A DNA stretch of 64,000 bases from Spirochaetia bacterium (GTDB lineage: Bacteria; Spirochaetota; Spirochaetia; SZUA-6; Bin103), in contig CBDATQ010000001.1 of NCBI GenBank assembly GCA_965199955.1, positions 1,920,001 through 1,984,000 of the forward strand, in the 5' to 3' direction. How positions within the stretch are numbered: position 1 is the first letter of the stretch; each line of letters begins with the position of its first letter. Both the position numbers and the translations under genes were made by a program. This document shows positions 1 to 8,578 of the stretch, piece after piece. Under the pieces are notes generated by a model, which saw only the letters and a program-made list of their open reading frames with translations, searched no databases and was not told where the DNA came from.

Positions 1-158
1 GGTGTGCAGGATCTCGCCCAGCATCGCCACGCATTCGCCCTCCACGTCGTGGAACGGCGGGTAGTAGATGGGGTTCGGCAGCGCCTGGCTCATCGCCTGG
101 CGCGCGGCCGGGTAGAGATCTGTTTGTCCGCAGGACAGGTTGAGGTGCAGCGCGGTAC

Positions 159-1439
159 TCATGGTGACGTGGAATATGAGGTGTGGTCATCTGCCGCGCA
201 AGCCGCAGGTGCCGCCAGCACGTAGCCGTCCCGCGCCACCACCTCGCCGTCGCGGATCACGGCGCGCACGTGCCTGAGCGCCCGCACGTCGGCGAGCGGG
301 TCGCCGTCGAGCACGATGCAGTCCGCCCGCTTGCCGACCTCCAGCGTGCCGATCGTGTCGCCCAGCGTCAGAGCCTCCGCCGCCGTGCCCGTCGCGGACT
401 GCAGCACCTCCGCCGGCGACATGCCGCCGAGCCCGACCATCGTCTCCATGGTGCGGGACAGATCGACGAAGTTCGTGTCGGTGATGCCGGCGTCGGTGCC
501 GGCGATGACGCTCACGCCCGCGGCGAGCATGTCCCGGAACGTCCGGAACCTGGCCCATCCAGCGTGATCCGGGCCGGCCGCCGCGATCTCCTCCAGGGGC
601 CAGCGCTCGAAGCCGGCGATCGTCTTGCAGACGAAGATCCGCCGGTCGCGGATGCGCTCGACGACCTCCGGGCGGTAGTCTTCGCCGTCGGCGTCGCGCG
701 CCAGCCAGGTGCAGTGCTCGATGCCGTCGAAGCCGGCGGCGACGCAGCGCTCGACGCCCTCGGTGCCGTGCGCGTGGGCGCTGGCGCGCAGCCCCAGGCG
801 GTGGGCGTCGTGGGTGATGGCCTGCAGCTCGGCCAGGCCGTACTGCGCCGCGCGCGGGTTGGTGCCGCGCGTGCCGCCGCCGGTGGCCATCACCTTGATG
901 AAGTCGGCGCCGGCCTTGTGCATGCGCCGCACCGCGCGGCGCACGGCGTCTTCGCCTTCGGCCTCGTTCTCCAGGAACCAGCAGTGTCCGCCGGTGGAGG
1001 TGATCGGCGCGCCGCCGGTGATGATCCGCGGCCCGATGAGCTGGCCGTCACGGATGGCCCGCGCGACCGGGAGGATCACGTCGGTCAGGCCGCCGCAGTC
1101 GCGCACGGTGGTGATGCCGCGGCTCAGCGCCGCACGCAGGTTGGTCACAGTCTGGACGGTGAGGGTCGCTATCGGCTGACCGATCGCCGCGTACAGGGGG
1201 TTGAGCCCGTCCTTCTCGGCGTCCCCGCTCCACATCAGGTGCACGTGGCTGTCGATCAGCCCAGGGGCGATCACCTGCTCCGGGAAGTCGAGCATGCGGG
1301 TGTCTCCGTCGGCCAGCCGGAGCGCGTCCTCGCCCACCGCCGTGATCGCGCCGGCCTCCACCAGCAGGGCGGCGTCGGTGCGGGGCTCCGCCGCGGCGCT
1401 CCAGACCAGCAGGCGGCCGCGTATCAGCGTCTGCTTCAT
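159..1439 (-). CDS. Amidohydrolase superfamily protein (Xaa-Pro dipeptidase/imidazolonepropionase-like)
   Basis: PGLIDSHVH metal motif, GITTVRDCG, FIKVMATGG, AHAHG, IEHC and AGTDAG motifs; ATG at 1439 preceded by AGGTGA. Confidence 0.9.
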   Translation of the reverse strand: MKQTLIRGRLLVWSAAAEPRTDAALLVEAGAITAVGEDALRLADGDTRMLDFPEQVIAPGLIDSHVHLMWSGDAEKDGLNPLYAAIGQPIATLTVQTVTNLRAALSRGITTVRDCGGLTDVILPVARAIRDGQLIGPRIITGGAPITSTGGHCWFLENEAEGEDAVRRAVRRMHKAGADFIKVMATGGGTRGTNPRAAQYGLAELQAITHDAHRLGLRASAHAHGTEGVERCVAAGFDGIEHCTWLARDADGEDYRPEVVERIRDRRIFVCKTIAGFERWPLEEIAAAGPDHAGWARFRTFRDMLAAGVSVIAGTDAGITDTNFVDLSRTMETMVGLGGMSPAEVLQSATGTAAEALTLGDTIGTLEVGKRADCIVLDGDPLADVRALRHVRAVIRDGEVVARDGYVLAAPAACAADDHTSYSTSP

Positions 1440-1443
1440 CGGC

Positions 1444-2200
1444 TCACCTGTTGAACTTGAAGGCGTAGAGATCGGCATCCATGTTCAGGGACACGAAGCC
1501 ATCCGTGCGGAAGGTGTAGCGGACGATGCGCACGGTCGGCAGGCGCCAGTGCTCGCTGCCATACACCGAGAGCTCGGTGAGTGAGGTCTGGATCAATCCG
1601 GGGTCGATGTACAGCCCTCGTTCATGCCAGTTGTCCTGGTCCGGTCCGGGGCGTATCAGGGCTTCCATGAAGCTGCGGTCGAAGCGGATGCCGTCGCGGC
1701 TGGACATGAACACGATGTCACTCACGCCCGATCCTCCGTGCCAGCCCGGCGTGAGCTCTCGCTCCGGGACGAATCTGGAAGGGAACATGAGGTACGTCCC
1801 CGGTGCGCGCCGGCAGGCGACGCATGAGTTGGTGTACAGGTGATCGAACGGTGTGTCCCCGGCGTCGATGTCCTCGGGAGGACTCCAGGTTCGGAAGTCC
1901 TTCGACGTGGTTCTCCTGATCCAGCGCACGCCGCCCCGGCCTCCGCTCGGGCCGATGAAGCTGCCCTCCGTGCCGGCCTTGCCGCGCGTATAGGCGACGT
2001 ACGCCCGGAGCTTGTCGCCGTCCTGCATGGTGGCCATGTAGGAGACGTGGTCGTGCTCCCACGGCCTGTCTCGCTCCAGGACGGTCTCGCGCTTCGGGGC
2101 GGATGCGCTTGCGGGACACTCCGGTCGCGGCGGAGATCCAGAAGGCACCGACGAAGAGCTGTCTGTCGGTGCCGATGTTGCGCACCCCGTCAGTCGTCAT
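1444..2200 (-). pseudogene. Collapsed beta-propeller glycoside-hydrolase-like gene (paralog of 61060..62643); frameshifted and internally deleted
   Basis: ATG at 2200 with GGAGG gives MTTDGVRNIGTDRQLFV, then a frame change near 2100 to ERDRPWE...SKDFRTWS...SRDGIRF...DGFVSL-N-M-DADLYAFKF; the same motif order as 61060..62643 but about half the length. Confidence 0.7.
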
Positions 2201-2272
2201 CGATTCCCCTCCACCTCCGGATGCGCCCGTGTCGTTGACGACCCGCACCGGCTTCGCCATGGTCACCGCCCG

Positions 2273-2899
2273 ATGGCGAAAGTCTACACACCGCACGATC
2301 GCTCCGTCCCTCCGCGCGGCCAGGAGTTCGACACGCCCGGATTCCTGCCGGTGACCCCGGCGCTGATCAGCGTCCTGGACGAGGAAACCGGCATCCCCAA
2401 CATCATGCCGTCGGTCGGGTGGGGGTGGCTCAACCGGCTGCCGTTCTACCTGGGGGTGGCGGTGAGCGTGCAGGAGATCACCGGCGACTACTTCAAGCGC
2501 GGGACGCACGAGCTGCTGCGGCGTGCCCGCGACTTCGCGCTGAACGTGCCCACGGACCGGCTGCGCGAGGCGGTGGCCGCCTGCGGCCGGCTGTCGCGCG
2601 CCAAGGACGCGGTCGTCGACAAGTTCAAGGAGACGGGCCTGACGCCGCTGCCGGGCAAGCGCATCAAGTCACCGCACATCGCCGAGTGCCCGATCAACTA
2701 CGAGTGCAAGGTGCGCGAGGTGGTCAGCCTGGGATCGCACGACCTGTTCCTGGGCGAGGTAGTCGGCTGCTTCGCCGACGGCGTGGTCCAGCCGGGCCGC
2801 TCGTCGGCGCAGGGCCACTCGCGCATCGAGCTCGCCCGGGAGGACGGGGGCACCACCGTCCTGGAGTTCCAGGGGATCGTCCACCTGGTCAGCGAGTAG
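2273..2899 (+). CDS. Flavin reductase-like (DIM6/NTAB family) protein
   Basis: PNIM, FALNVP, DKFKETGLTP, PHIAECPINYECKV and GSHDLFLGEV motifs. Confidence 0.88.
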   Translation: MAKVYTPHDRSVPPRGQEFDTPGFLPVTPALISVLDEETGIPNIMPSVGWGWLNRLPFYLGVAVSVQEITGDYFKRGTHELLRRARDFALNVPTDRLREAVAACGRLSRAKDAVVDKFKETGLTPLPGKRIKSPHIAECPINYECKVREVVSLGSHDLFLGEVVGCFADGVVQPGRSSAQGHSRIELAREDGGTTVLEFQGIVHLVSE

Positions 2900-2912
2900 C
2901 CGACCTCGGCAC

Positions 2913-4010
2913 TCAGTCTGCCGGGTGGATGGGGGTGGGCTCGCCGCGGTTGATCACCTCCCAGCCGGTGACGTCGCCGCCGTGCCAGCGGTAGGGCATC
3001 GGCAGCACGGTTGCGGACCGGTCGGCGAGCGGCAGCGCCACCCGGCGGTGCCGCTCGCGCGCCGACAGCTTGATGGCGGCAGCGATCTCCAGCACCTGCC
3101 GGTAGTCGTGGCCGCTGCACGGGGCGGGGCGGCCCTCGCGCACGGCGTTCATCAAGCTGTCAACGACGCCCAGGAACTTCCCCCCGAGCCGTTCGTCGTC
3201 TGTCGGCTCGTCCAGGAAGTCGGGCCGTACCGGGCGCGCGCTGGTCCCCGTACCCTTGATCAGCACCGTGCCGTCGCCACCGGCCAGGTACACGGCGCCG
3301 TCCTCTCCGAACAGCGCCACCCTGTGGGCTCCCTCCGCCGGCACCTCTCGCGCCGCAATGCACTCGTAGCCGCCGCTCATGCCCAAGGTCCCGTACGCGG
3401 CGCAGTCGTCGTCGCTGGCAGCCGCCTCCTCGGGCACCGTCCAGCCCTCCGCCCACGCCACCTCGTCGCCGGTGGCGAAGCGCAGGAAGTTGAGGATCAC
3501 GCAGCCCAGGCCGGACACCTGGTTGCCCTCCGCCAGGAAGCCGTCGATCGCCGCTCCGGTGAGCCGGCCGATGGCGCCGTCGCGCACCCACGCGCCGATC
3601 CGGGTCACGTGGTGCACCTCCCACCAAGCGGTGCCGCACGCGAACGCTGCGCCGCGCTCCTCGCAGGCGGCGATCATGGCATCGGCGTCGGCCAGCTTCG
3701 CGGCGATCGGCTTCTCGCAGGAGATCCCCCTGACGCCCGCCTCCGCGCACGCGATCACGGCGTCGCGGGCGGCGCTCACGGGCAAGATGTTGGCGACCAC
3801 GTCCGGCACCTGCCATGCCAGGAGTTCCTCGACCGTGTCGAACTGGCGCGCGATCCCGTAGTGATCGGCGAACCGCGCGCGGCGTTCGCGGGCGGTGTCG
3901 ACCAGGGCGATCAGCTCCGCCTCCGGGTGGCGGGCGTAGGCGTAGGTGTATCGGCGGCCCCAGTCGCCGCACCCGCCGACCACGGCGACCCGCAGTTTTT
4001 CTCGTTTCAT
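2913..4010 (-). CDS. Gfo/Idh/MocA family oxidoreductase
   Basis: N-terminal Rossmann VAVVGGCG and CEKPIA motif; GAGG RBS. Confidence 0.9.
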   Translation of the reverse strand: MKREKLRVAVVGGCGDWGRRYTYAYARHPEAELIALVDTARERRARFADHYGIARQFDTVEELLAWQVPDVVANILPVSAARDAVIACAEAGVRGISCEKPIAAKLADADAMIAACEERGAAFACGTAWWEVHHVTRIGAWVRDGAIGRLTGAAIDGFLAEGNQVSGLGCVILNFLRFATGDEVAWAEGWTVPEEAAASDDDCAAYGTLGMSGGYECIAAREVPAEGAHRVALFGEDGAVYLAGGDGTVLIKGTGTSARPVRPDFLDEPTDDERLGGKFLGVVDSLMNAVREGRPAPCSGHDYRQVLEIAAAIKLSARERHRRVALPLADRSATVLPMPYRWHGGDVTGWEVINRGEPTPIHPAD

Positions 4011-4025
4011 CAGTGACCTCCCTCG

Positions 4026-4979
4026 TTACGCGAAGTCGGGGAAGTCCCGGTCCAACTCTTCCCAGACCGCAGGATCGACTTCCTGCTGGTAGGCCGCGAT
4101 GTTCTGTGCGACGCGCTCCGGTGTCGAGAAGCCCAGCAGCACCGACGCGAATCGCGTCTCGCGCAGGCAGTAGTGCAGGTTGACGACGTGCAGATCCAGG
4201 TCGCGAGCCGTGCACCAATCGTACATCCGCTTGGCGCGGCGCAACTCCTGGGTCATCTCCACCCGCTCCGGGGAGACGCCCGCCGCGCTCGCCGCCACCC
4301 GGACCGGGTCGTCGCCGCCGAGCAGGCCGCTCAGCATGATCGAGGCGTTGAACAGGCCCACGTCGGCCGCCACCCCCGGCTCCACCACGCCGGCCAGCGC
4401 CGAGCGCTCGATCAGGTTGTGGTCGCGGAAGGTCAGCGACACCTCGAAGTCGCCGGTGGCGATGCAGGCCCGGTGATGCGCGTGCGGGCGGCAGCCCAGG
4501 CCGAGGTGCCGGATGACGCCCTGCCGCTTGAGGTCGAGCAGCGCGTCGCGGGCCGCATGCGGAGCGAGCACCGGCTCGATCTCCGCCGGGTCGTGCACGA
4601 GCATGACGTTCAGGTAGTCGGTTTGCAGGGCGCGCAGGCTGAGCTCGGTGCTGGACATGATCGCGTCATAGGAGTAGTCGTGGGGCCGCTGGCGCGAGCC
4701 GGCCTTGCTCTCGATGATCAGGTCCTCGCGCCGGTGGCCGCGGCGGTACCACTCCTGCAGGGCAAGGCCGATGTAGCGCTCGCTCTCGCCGCCGATGTAG
4801 GCGGCGGAGGTGTCGATCAGGTCGATGCCGGCCTCCAGCGCGGCCAGCACCGTGTCCACGCCCAGTTGCTCGTCGTGCGTGCCTCCGCGGCGGCCGAGCT
4901 GCGCGCCGCCGATGCCGAGCACCGGCACCTGCAGGCCGGTTTTCCCCAGCCGGCGGCGTTCGTATTCGATCGCGTGCAT
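4026..4979 (-). CDS. Aldo/keto reductase
   Basis: RRLGKTGLQV, IDTSAAY, SERYIG, ESKAG and SLRALQTDY..VH motifs. Confidence 0.92.
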   Translation of the reverse strand: MHAIEYERRRLGKTGLQVPVLGIGGAQLGRRGGTHDEQLGVDTVLAALEAGIDLIDTSAAYIGGESERYIGLALQEWYRRGHRREDLIIESKAGSRQRPHDYSYDAIMSSTELSLRALQTDYLNVMLVHDPAEIEPVLAPHAARDALLDLKRQGVIRHLGLGCRPHAHHRACIATGDFEVSLTFRDHNLIERSALAGVVEPGVAADVGLFNASIMLSGLLGGDDPVRVAASAAGVSPERVEMTQELRRAKRMYDWCTARDLDLHVVNLHYCLRETRFASVLLGFSTPERVAQNIAAYQQEVDPAVWEELDRDFPDFA

Positions 4980-5124
4980 GCGCGGAGCATACCCGCACGG
5001 GTGGCGCGGCGGAACGGGCCTGCGGCCGGAGTAGCGTCTCGGTGAGACGCTACTCCGGCCGCACCTGCGCGCTTTGACACGCCGCCCTCCCCCAAGCACG
5101 GTGAGCGGCGAGGAGGGTGCCTCG

Positions 5125-6303
5125 TTGTTGATCAAGGAAGTCAAGCTCTACGTCGTCGCCGCAGGCCAGCGGGAACGGGCCGCGGTCGGCCGCGGCGGCA
5201 TGGAGCTGGTGCCGCCGGGCCTCTCCGGCCTGTTCACCCACGGCGAGGGGATCGGCTCCGACGCCGAAATCCCGGAATACCGCGAGCAGGCGCCGGCCTA
5301 CGACCTGATCCTGCGCCTGGTCACCGACGGCGACCTGGACGCGCACACCACCTACGCCAGCGGATTCAGCGCGAGCGAGCTGGCATGGCAGGCGAGGGAG
5401 TTCCAGGTGAAAATCGCCCACCTGCTCATCGGCATGGACGCCTTCGACCGCGAGCGCGTCTGGCAGCGCCTCTGGTACACGCAGCGGTTCATGTACACCG
5501 GCCGCGGCCTGATCCAGGCCGTCGACGAGATGCTCTGGGACCTGGCCAGCCGCCATGCCGGCCTGCCGCTGTACCGCCTGCTCGGCGGCGCCCGCGATTC
5601 GATCCCGGCCTACCGCAACATCGGCGGCAGGACCGTCGACGACTACGTCGCCGATGCGATGAAGGCGCGCGAGCAGGGCTTCAAGGGCGGCAAGGACCAC
5701 TCCTACCGCGGCGTCGCCGGCAACACCGAGCTGTTCCGGGCGCTGCGGGAGGCGATGGGAGACGACTTCATCCTCATCCATGACGCGGTCGAGCACTACA
5801 CCTGTGACGAGGCGATCAGGATCGGCCGCGAGATGGAGCGCCTGGGCTACGCCTGGATCGAGGAGCCGCTGCAGGACTTCGACCTCATGGGCCTGAGGAA
5901 GCTGTGCGCGGCGCTCGATCTGCCGGTGATGGCCATGGAGTGGATCGGATCGCTGGCCGGGCAGCCGTTCAACGCGTCGCCCTTCATCGCCATGCAGGCC
6001 ACGGACATCGTCCGCCAGCGCGCCATCGGCATCACCGGCCAGATCAAGCTGGCGCAGCTCGCCGAGACCTTCGGCCTGGACGTGCACGGCGGCAACTCGT
6101 ACGTGGTGCTGGCCATCCACAACGACCCGCTCTACGAGTACGGATCGGAGGGTCCTCTGCCGCCACCGCAGGACCCGGCGACCCTCACGTTCCAGGGGAT
6201 CAAGGTGATCGACGACGGGCACATGCGCATCCAGTGCGGCGACCTGCCGGTGCCGGAGCCCGACTGGGACCGGATCGAGTCGGAAGCGCTGGAGGTGTTG
6301 TGA
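5125..6303 (+). CDS. Mandelate racemase/muconate lactonizing (enolase superfamily) enzyme
   Basis: VDEMLWDL..PLYRLLGG and metal ligands IHDA/WIEEP/AMEW, catalytic DVHG; TTG start after GAGGAGG. Confidence 0.88.
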   Translation: MLIKEVKLYVVAAGQRERAAVGRGGMELVPPGLSGLFTHGEGIGSDAEIPEYREQAPAYDLILRLVTDGDLDAHTTYASGFSASELAWQAREFQVKIAHLLIGMDAFDRERVWQRLWYTQRFMYTGRGLIQAVDEMLWDLASRHAGLPLYRLLGGARDSIPAYRNIGGRTVDDYVADAMKAREQGFKGGKDHSYRGVAGNTELFRALREAMGDDFILIHDAVEHYTCDEAIRIGREMERLGYAWIEEPLQDFDLMGLRKLCAALDLPVMAMEWIGSLAGQPFNASPFIAMQATDIVRQRAIGITGQIKLAQLAETFGLDVHGGNSYVVLAIHNDPLYEYGSEGPLPPPQDPATLTFQGIKVIDDGHMRIQCGDLPVPEPDWDRIESEALEVL

Positions 6304-7388
6304 TGGCGGATCGAAGCGTGTTGGCGGAGTCGACGATCACGCGGCTTCAGGTGCATGCGCCGGCCGGCGTCGTACGCATCTCTGCCGAGGGGGCAGGCGA
6401 GGAGGTCTGCGGCGCGGCACTGATCTGCGCCGACCGGCTGCCGCCGGCCGCGACCGTCGAGCGGATGCGCGCGGCGCTCGTCGGAGGGCCGCTTGCCGAC
6501 CGGGAGCGCCTCTGGCGCGATCTCCGCACCGCCGCGCCCGGAAGCGACCCGGCGGACCTGGCCGGCGTGGACATCGCGCTGTGGGACCTCTGGTCGAAGG
6601 CCCTGCGGTTGCCGCTCTACCGGGCGATCGGCGGCTTCCGGACGGAGATCCCGGCCTGTCTCTCGGGCGAGGCCGCTTGCGACACGGACGAAGCCGCGGC
6701 CGAAGCAGCGGGCGCCGTTCGTGACGGCTACCGCGGTTATCGGGTTACAGGCACTGCGACTGCGATCGGCTCGAAGGCGCCTGCCGCGGTACGCAAGCGC
6801 GTTCTGGATGCGATCCGCGCGGTGCGAGAAGCCGTGCCGTCAGACTTCCCTTTGCTGTACCGCGGCGTCCCTGCCGGCGGCCACCTGGAGGCGCTGGCCA
6901 TCGGTCGCGCGCTCGACGAGGCCGGCTACACTTGGTTCGAGGATCCGCTCCCGGGCGCTGACGGCGAAGCGCTCGGGCGGCTGGCCACGGAGCTCGATAC
7001 CCCGGTCCTGGCGGCCGTCGGCGGCCCGGATGCCGCCCGGCAGGCGGCGACGCACCTGTCCCGGCAGTCGGCCGACCTGATCCGGGTACGCATTCCCGAC
7101 GCCGGTGGCATCACCGAGGCGCTGAAGATCGCCCGCGCCGCCGAGGCGTTCGGCGTCAACTGCGAGATCGATCCCGACGACGGCAACGGCGGCTTCGCCG
7201 CGGCCGGTCTCATGGGCGCCCTGCGCAACGCCATGTTCCTGCCGTGGGTCACGGGCGAGAGCGGCGAGCGGGCGCGCACCGCCGACGGCCTGATCCGCAC
7301 CCCGATGACGATACGGGACGGAGCCGTGACGCTGGGAGACGCGGCCGGCTTGGGCATGGAGTTGGAGATACCGACGGGATCGGGGTAG
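6303..7388 (+). CDS. Enolase superfamily protein with degenerate active site
   Basis: VDIALWDL..LPLYRAIGG, WFEDP and GGITEALKIA; TGATG overlap with the upstream gene; several catalytic residues absent. Confidence 0.8.
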   Translation: MADRSVLAESTITRLQVHAPAGVVRISAEGAGEEVCGAALICADRLPPAATVERMRAALVGGPLADRERLWRDLRTAAPGSDPADLAGVDIALWDLWSKALRLPLYRAIGGFRTEIPACLSGEAACDTDEAAAEAAGAVRDGYRGYRVTGTATAIGSKAPAAVRKRVLDAIRAVREAVPSDFPLLYRGVPAGGHLEALAIGRALDEAGYTWFEDPLPGADGEALGRLATELDTPVLAAVGGPDAARQAATHLSRQSADLIRVRIPDAGGITEALKIARAAEAFGVNCEIDPDDGNGGFAAAGLMGALRNAMFLPWVTGESGERARTADGLIRTPMTIRDGAVTLGDAAGLGMELEIPTGSG

Positions 7389-7750
7389 GAAACGCGTGCT
7401 CTGACGAGTACGAGCGAATGGCAATCCCTGGCGTGGCAAGGCGCGCCGAATCGCGACCGTGGTTGCCCCCGGGGCTGATCCTCCGGGAGGCACCGCTCAC
7501 GGCTTCGGCGTCGAAGTGGAGGCGGCGGCCGGCCTCGTCCGGGCAGCGGCTCGGCGGTCGGTCGCTTCCTGTCGGATCTGCGAAGGCTCGGCGAACGGGT
7601 GCCACTGCCGACAGACTGATTCCATCGCCGATGGGCGTATGCGATGGTCGTCTGATCGGTGCGTATCGGTGACGCTTCGTGGCGGTGGGAGACAACGGTA
7701 CAGTCGTGGTCAGTCCGCAGCGCCGCCGCAAGCGGCACAGGAGGGGCCGC

Positions 7751-8551
7751 ATGAACGAGAGTGAACGCCACGAGGTACGTGCTGGAGGTACCTCGGTGAC
7801 GCCGGTCAGCCCAGACTGGTTCGGCGGCAGGAACTCCGCCGTCAGCCTGACGTTCGACGACGGCATGGACAGCCATCTGGATGCCGCCGTTCCGGCGCTC
7901 GACGCCCGGGGTTTGGCCGGCACCTTCTACGTCAAGACCGACGATGCCGCCCGGCTGCAGCGCTTCCGAGAGCCGCAGCGGCGCGGTCACGAGATCGGCA
8001 ACCACACCGTCCATCACTGGTGCAGCCGCTCCCACCGCTCGGAAGCCGATGCCTGGGGGCTCGAGGACCTGACGCTGGAGGACATGGCGACCGAGCTGGA
8101 GGAGTCGGACCGTCGCCTGCGCGCGGCCTTTCCCGATTTCCAGTCCTTCAGCTTCTGCTACCCGTGCTACGACACGTTCGTCGGTCAAGGAGCGACCCGA
8201 CGCAGCTATGTGCCGCTTGTTGCCGGGCGCTTCACGGCTGCCCGTGGCGGCAGCGAGAACTCCACGCCCTACAACTCTCCCGTTCATGCGGACCTGTGGT
8301 GTCTGCGGTCGGTGCGGTGCGAATATATGAGCGCCGATCAGTTGATAGCCGCGGTCGAGCGGGGGCGGGAGCTGGAGATGTGGACTATCCTGACCTTTCA
8401 CGGTGTGGACGAGGGACACCTCCCGGTGACCGGAGACGACTTCGGCGCACTGCTCGATCACCTGGCCCGCCGCAACGATGAGCTATGGGTGGCCCCGCTG
8501 ATTCAGGTGGCCCAGAGTGTCGCCGCCATTCGGGAGGGGACTCGCGAATAG
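7751..8551 (+). CDS. Polysaccharide deacetylase (CE4/NodB-like) family protein
   Basis: SLTFDDG, GHEIGNHTVHH, FCYP and LTFHG motifs; AGGAGG RBS. Confidence 0.9.
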   Translation: MNESERHEVRAGGTSVTPVSPDWFGGRNSAVSLTFDDGMDSHLDAAVPALDARGLAGTFYVKTDDAARLQRFREPQRRGHEIGNHTVHHWCSRSHRSEADAWGLEDLTLEDMATELEESDRRLRAAFPDFQSFSFCYPCYDTFVGQGATRRSYVPLVAGRFTAARGGSENSTPYNSPVHADLWCLRSVRCEYMSADQLIAAVERGRELEMWTILTFHGVDEGHLPVTGDDFGALLDHLARRNDELWVAPLIQVAQSVAAIREGTRE

Positions 8552-8578
8552 GTCGCGCGAACGGAACAAGCGGCGCGA

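Noticed and set aside
7389..7750. 360-nt intergenic stretch as a possible ncRNA or riboswitch
   Set aside because: No recognisable riboswitch consensus or convincing ORF.
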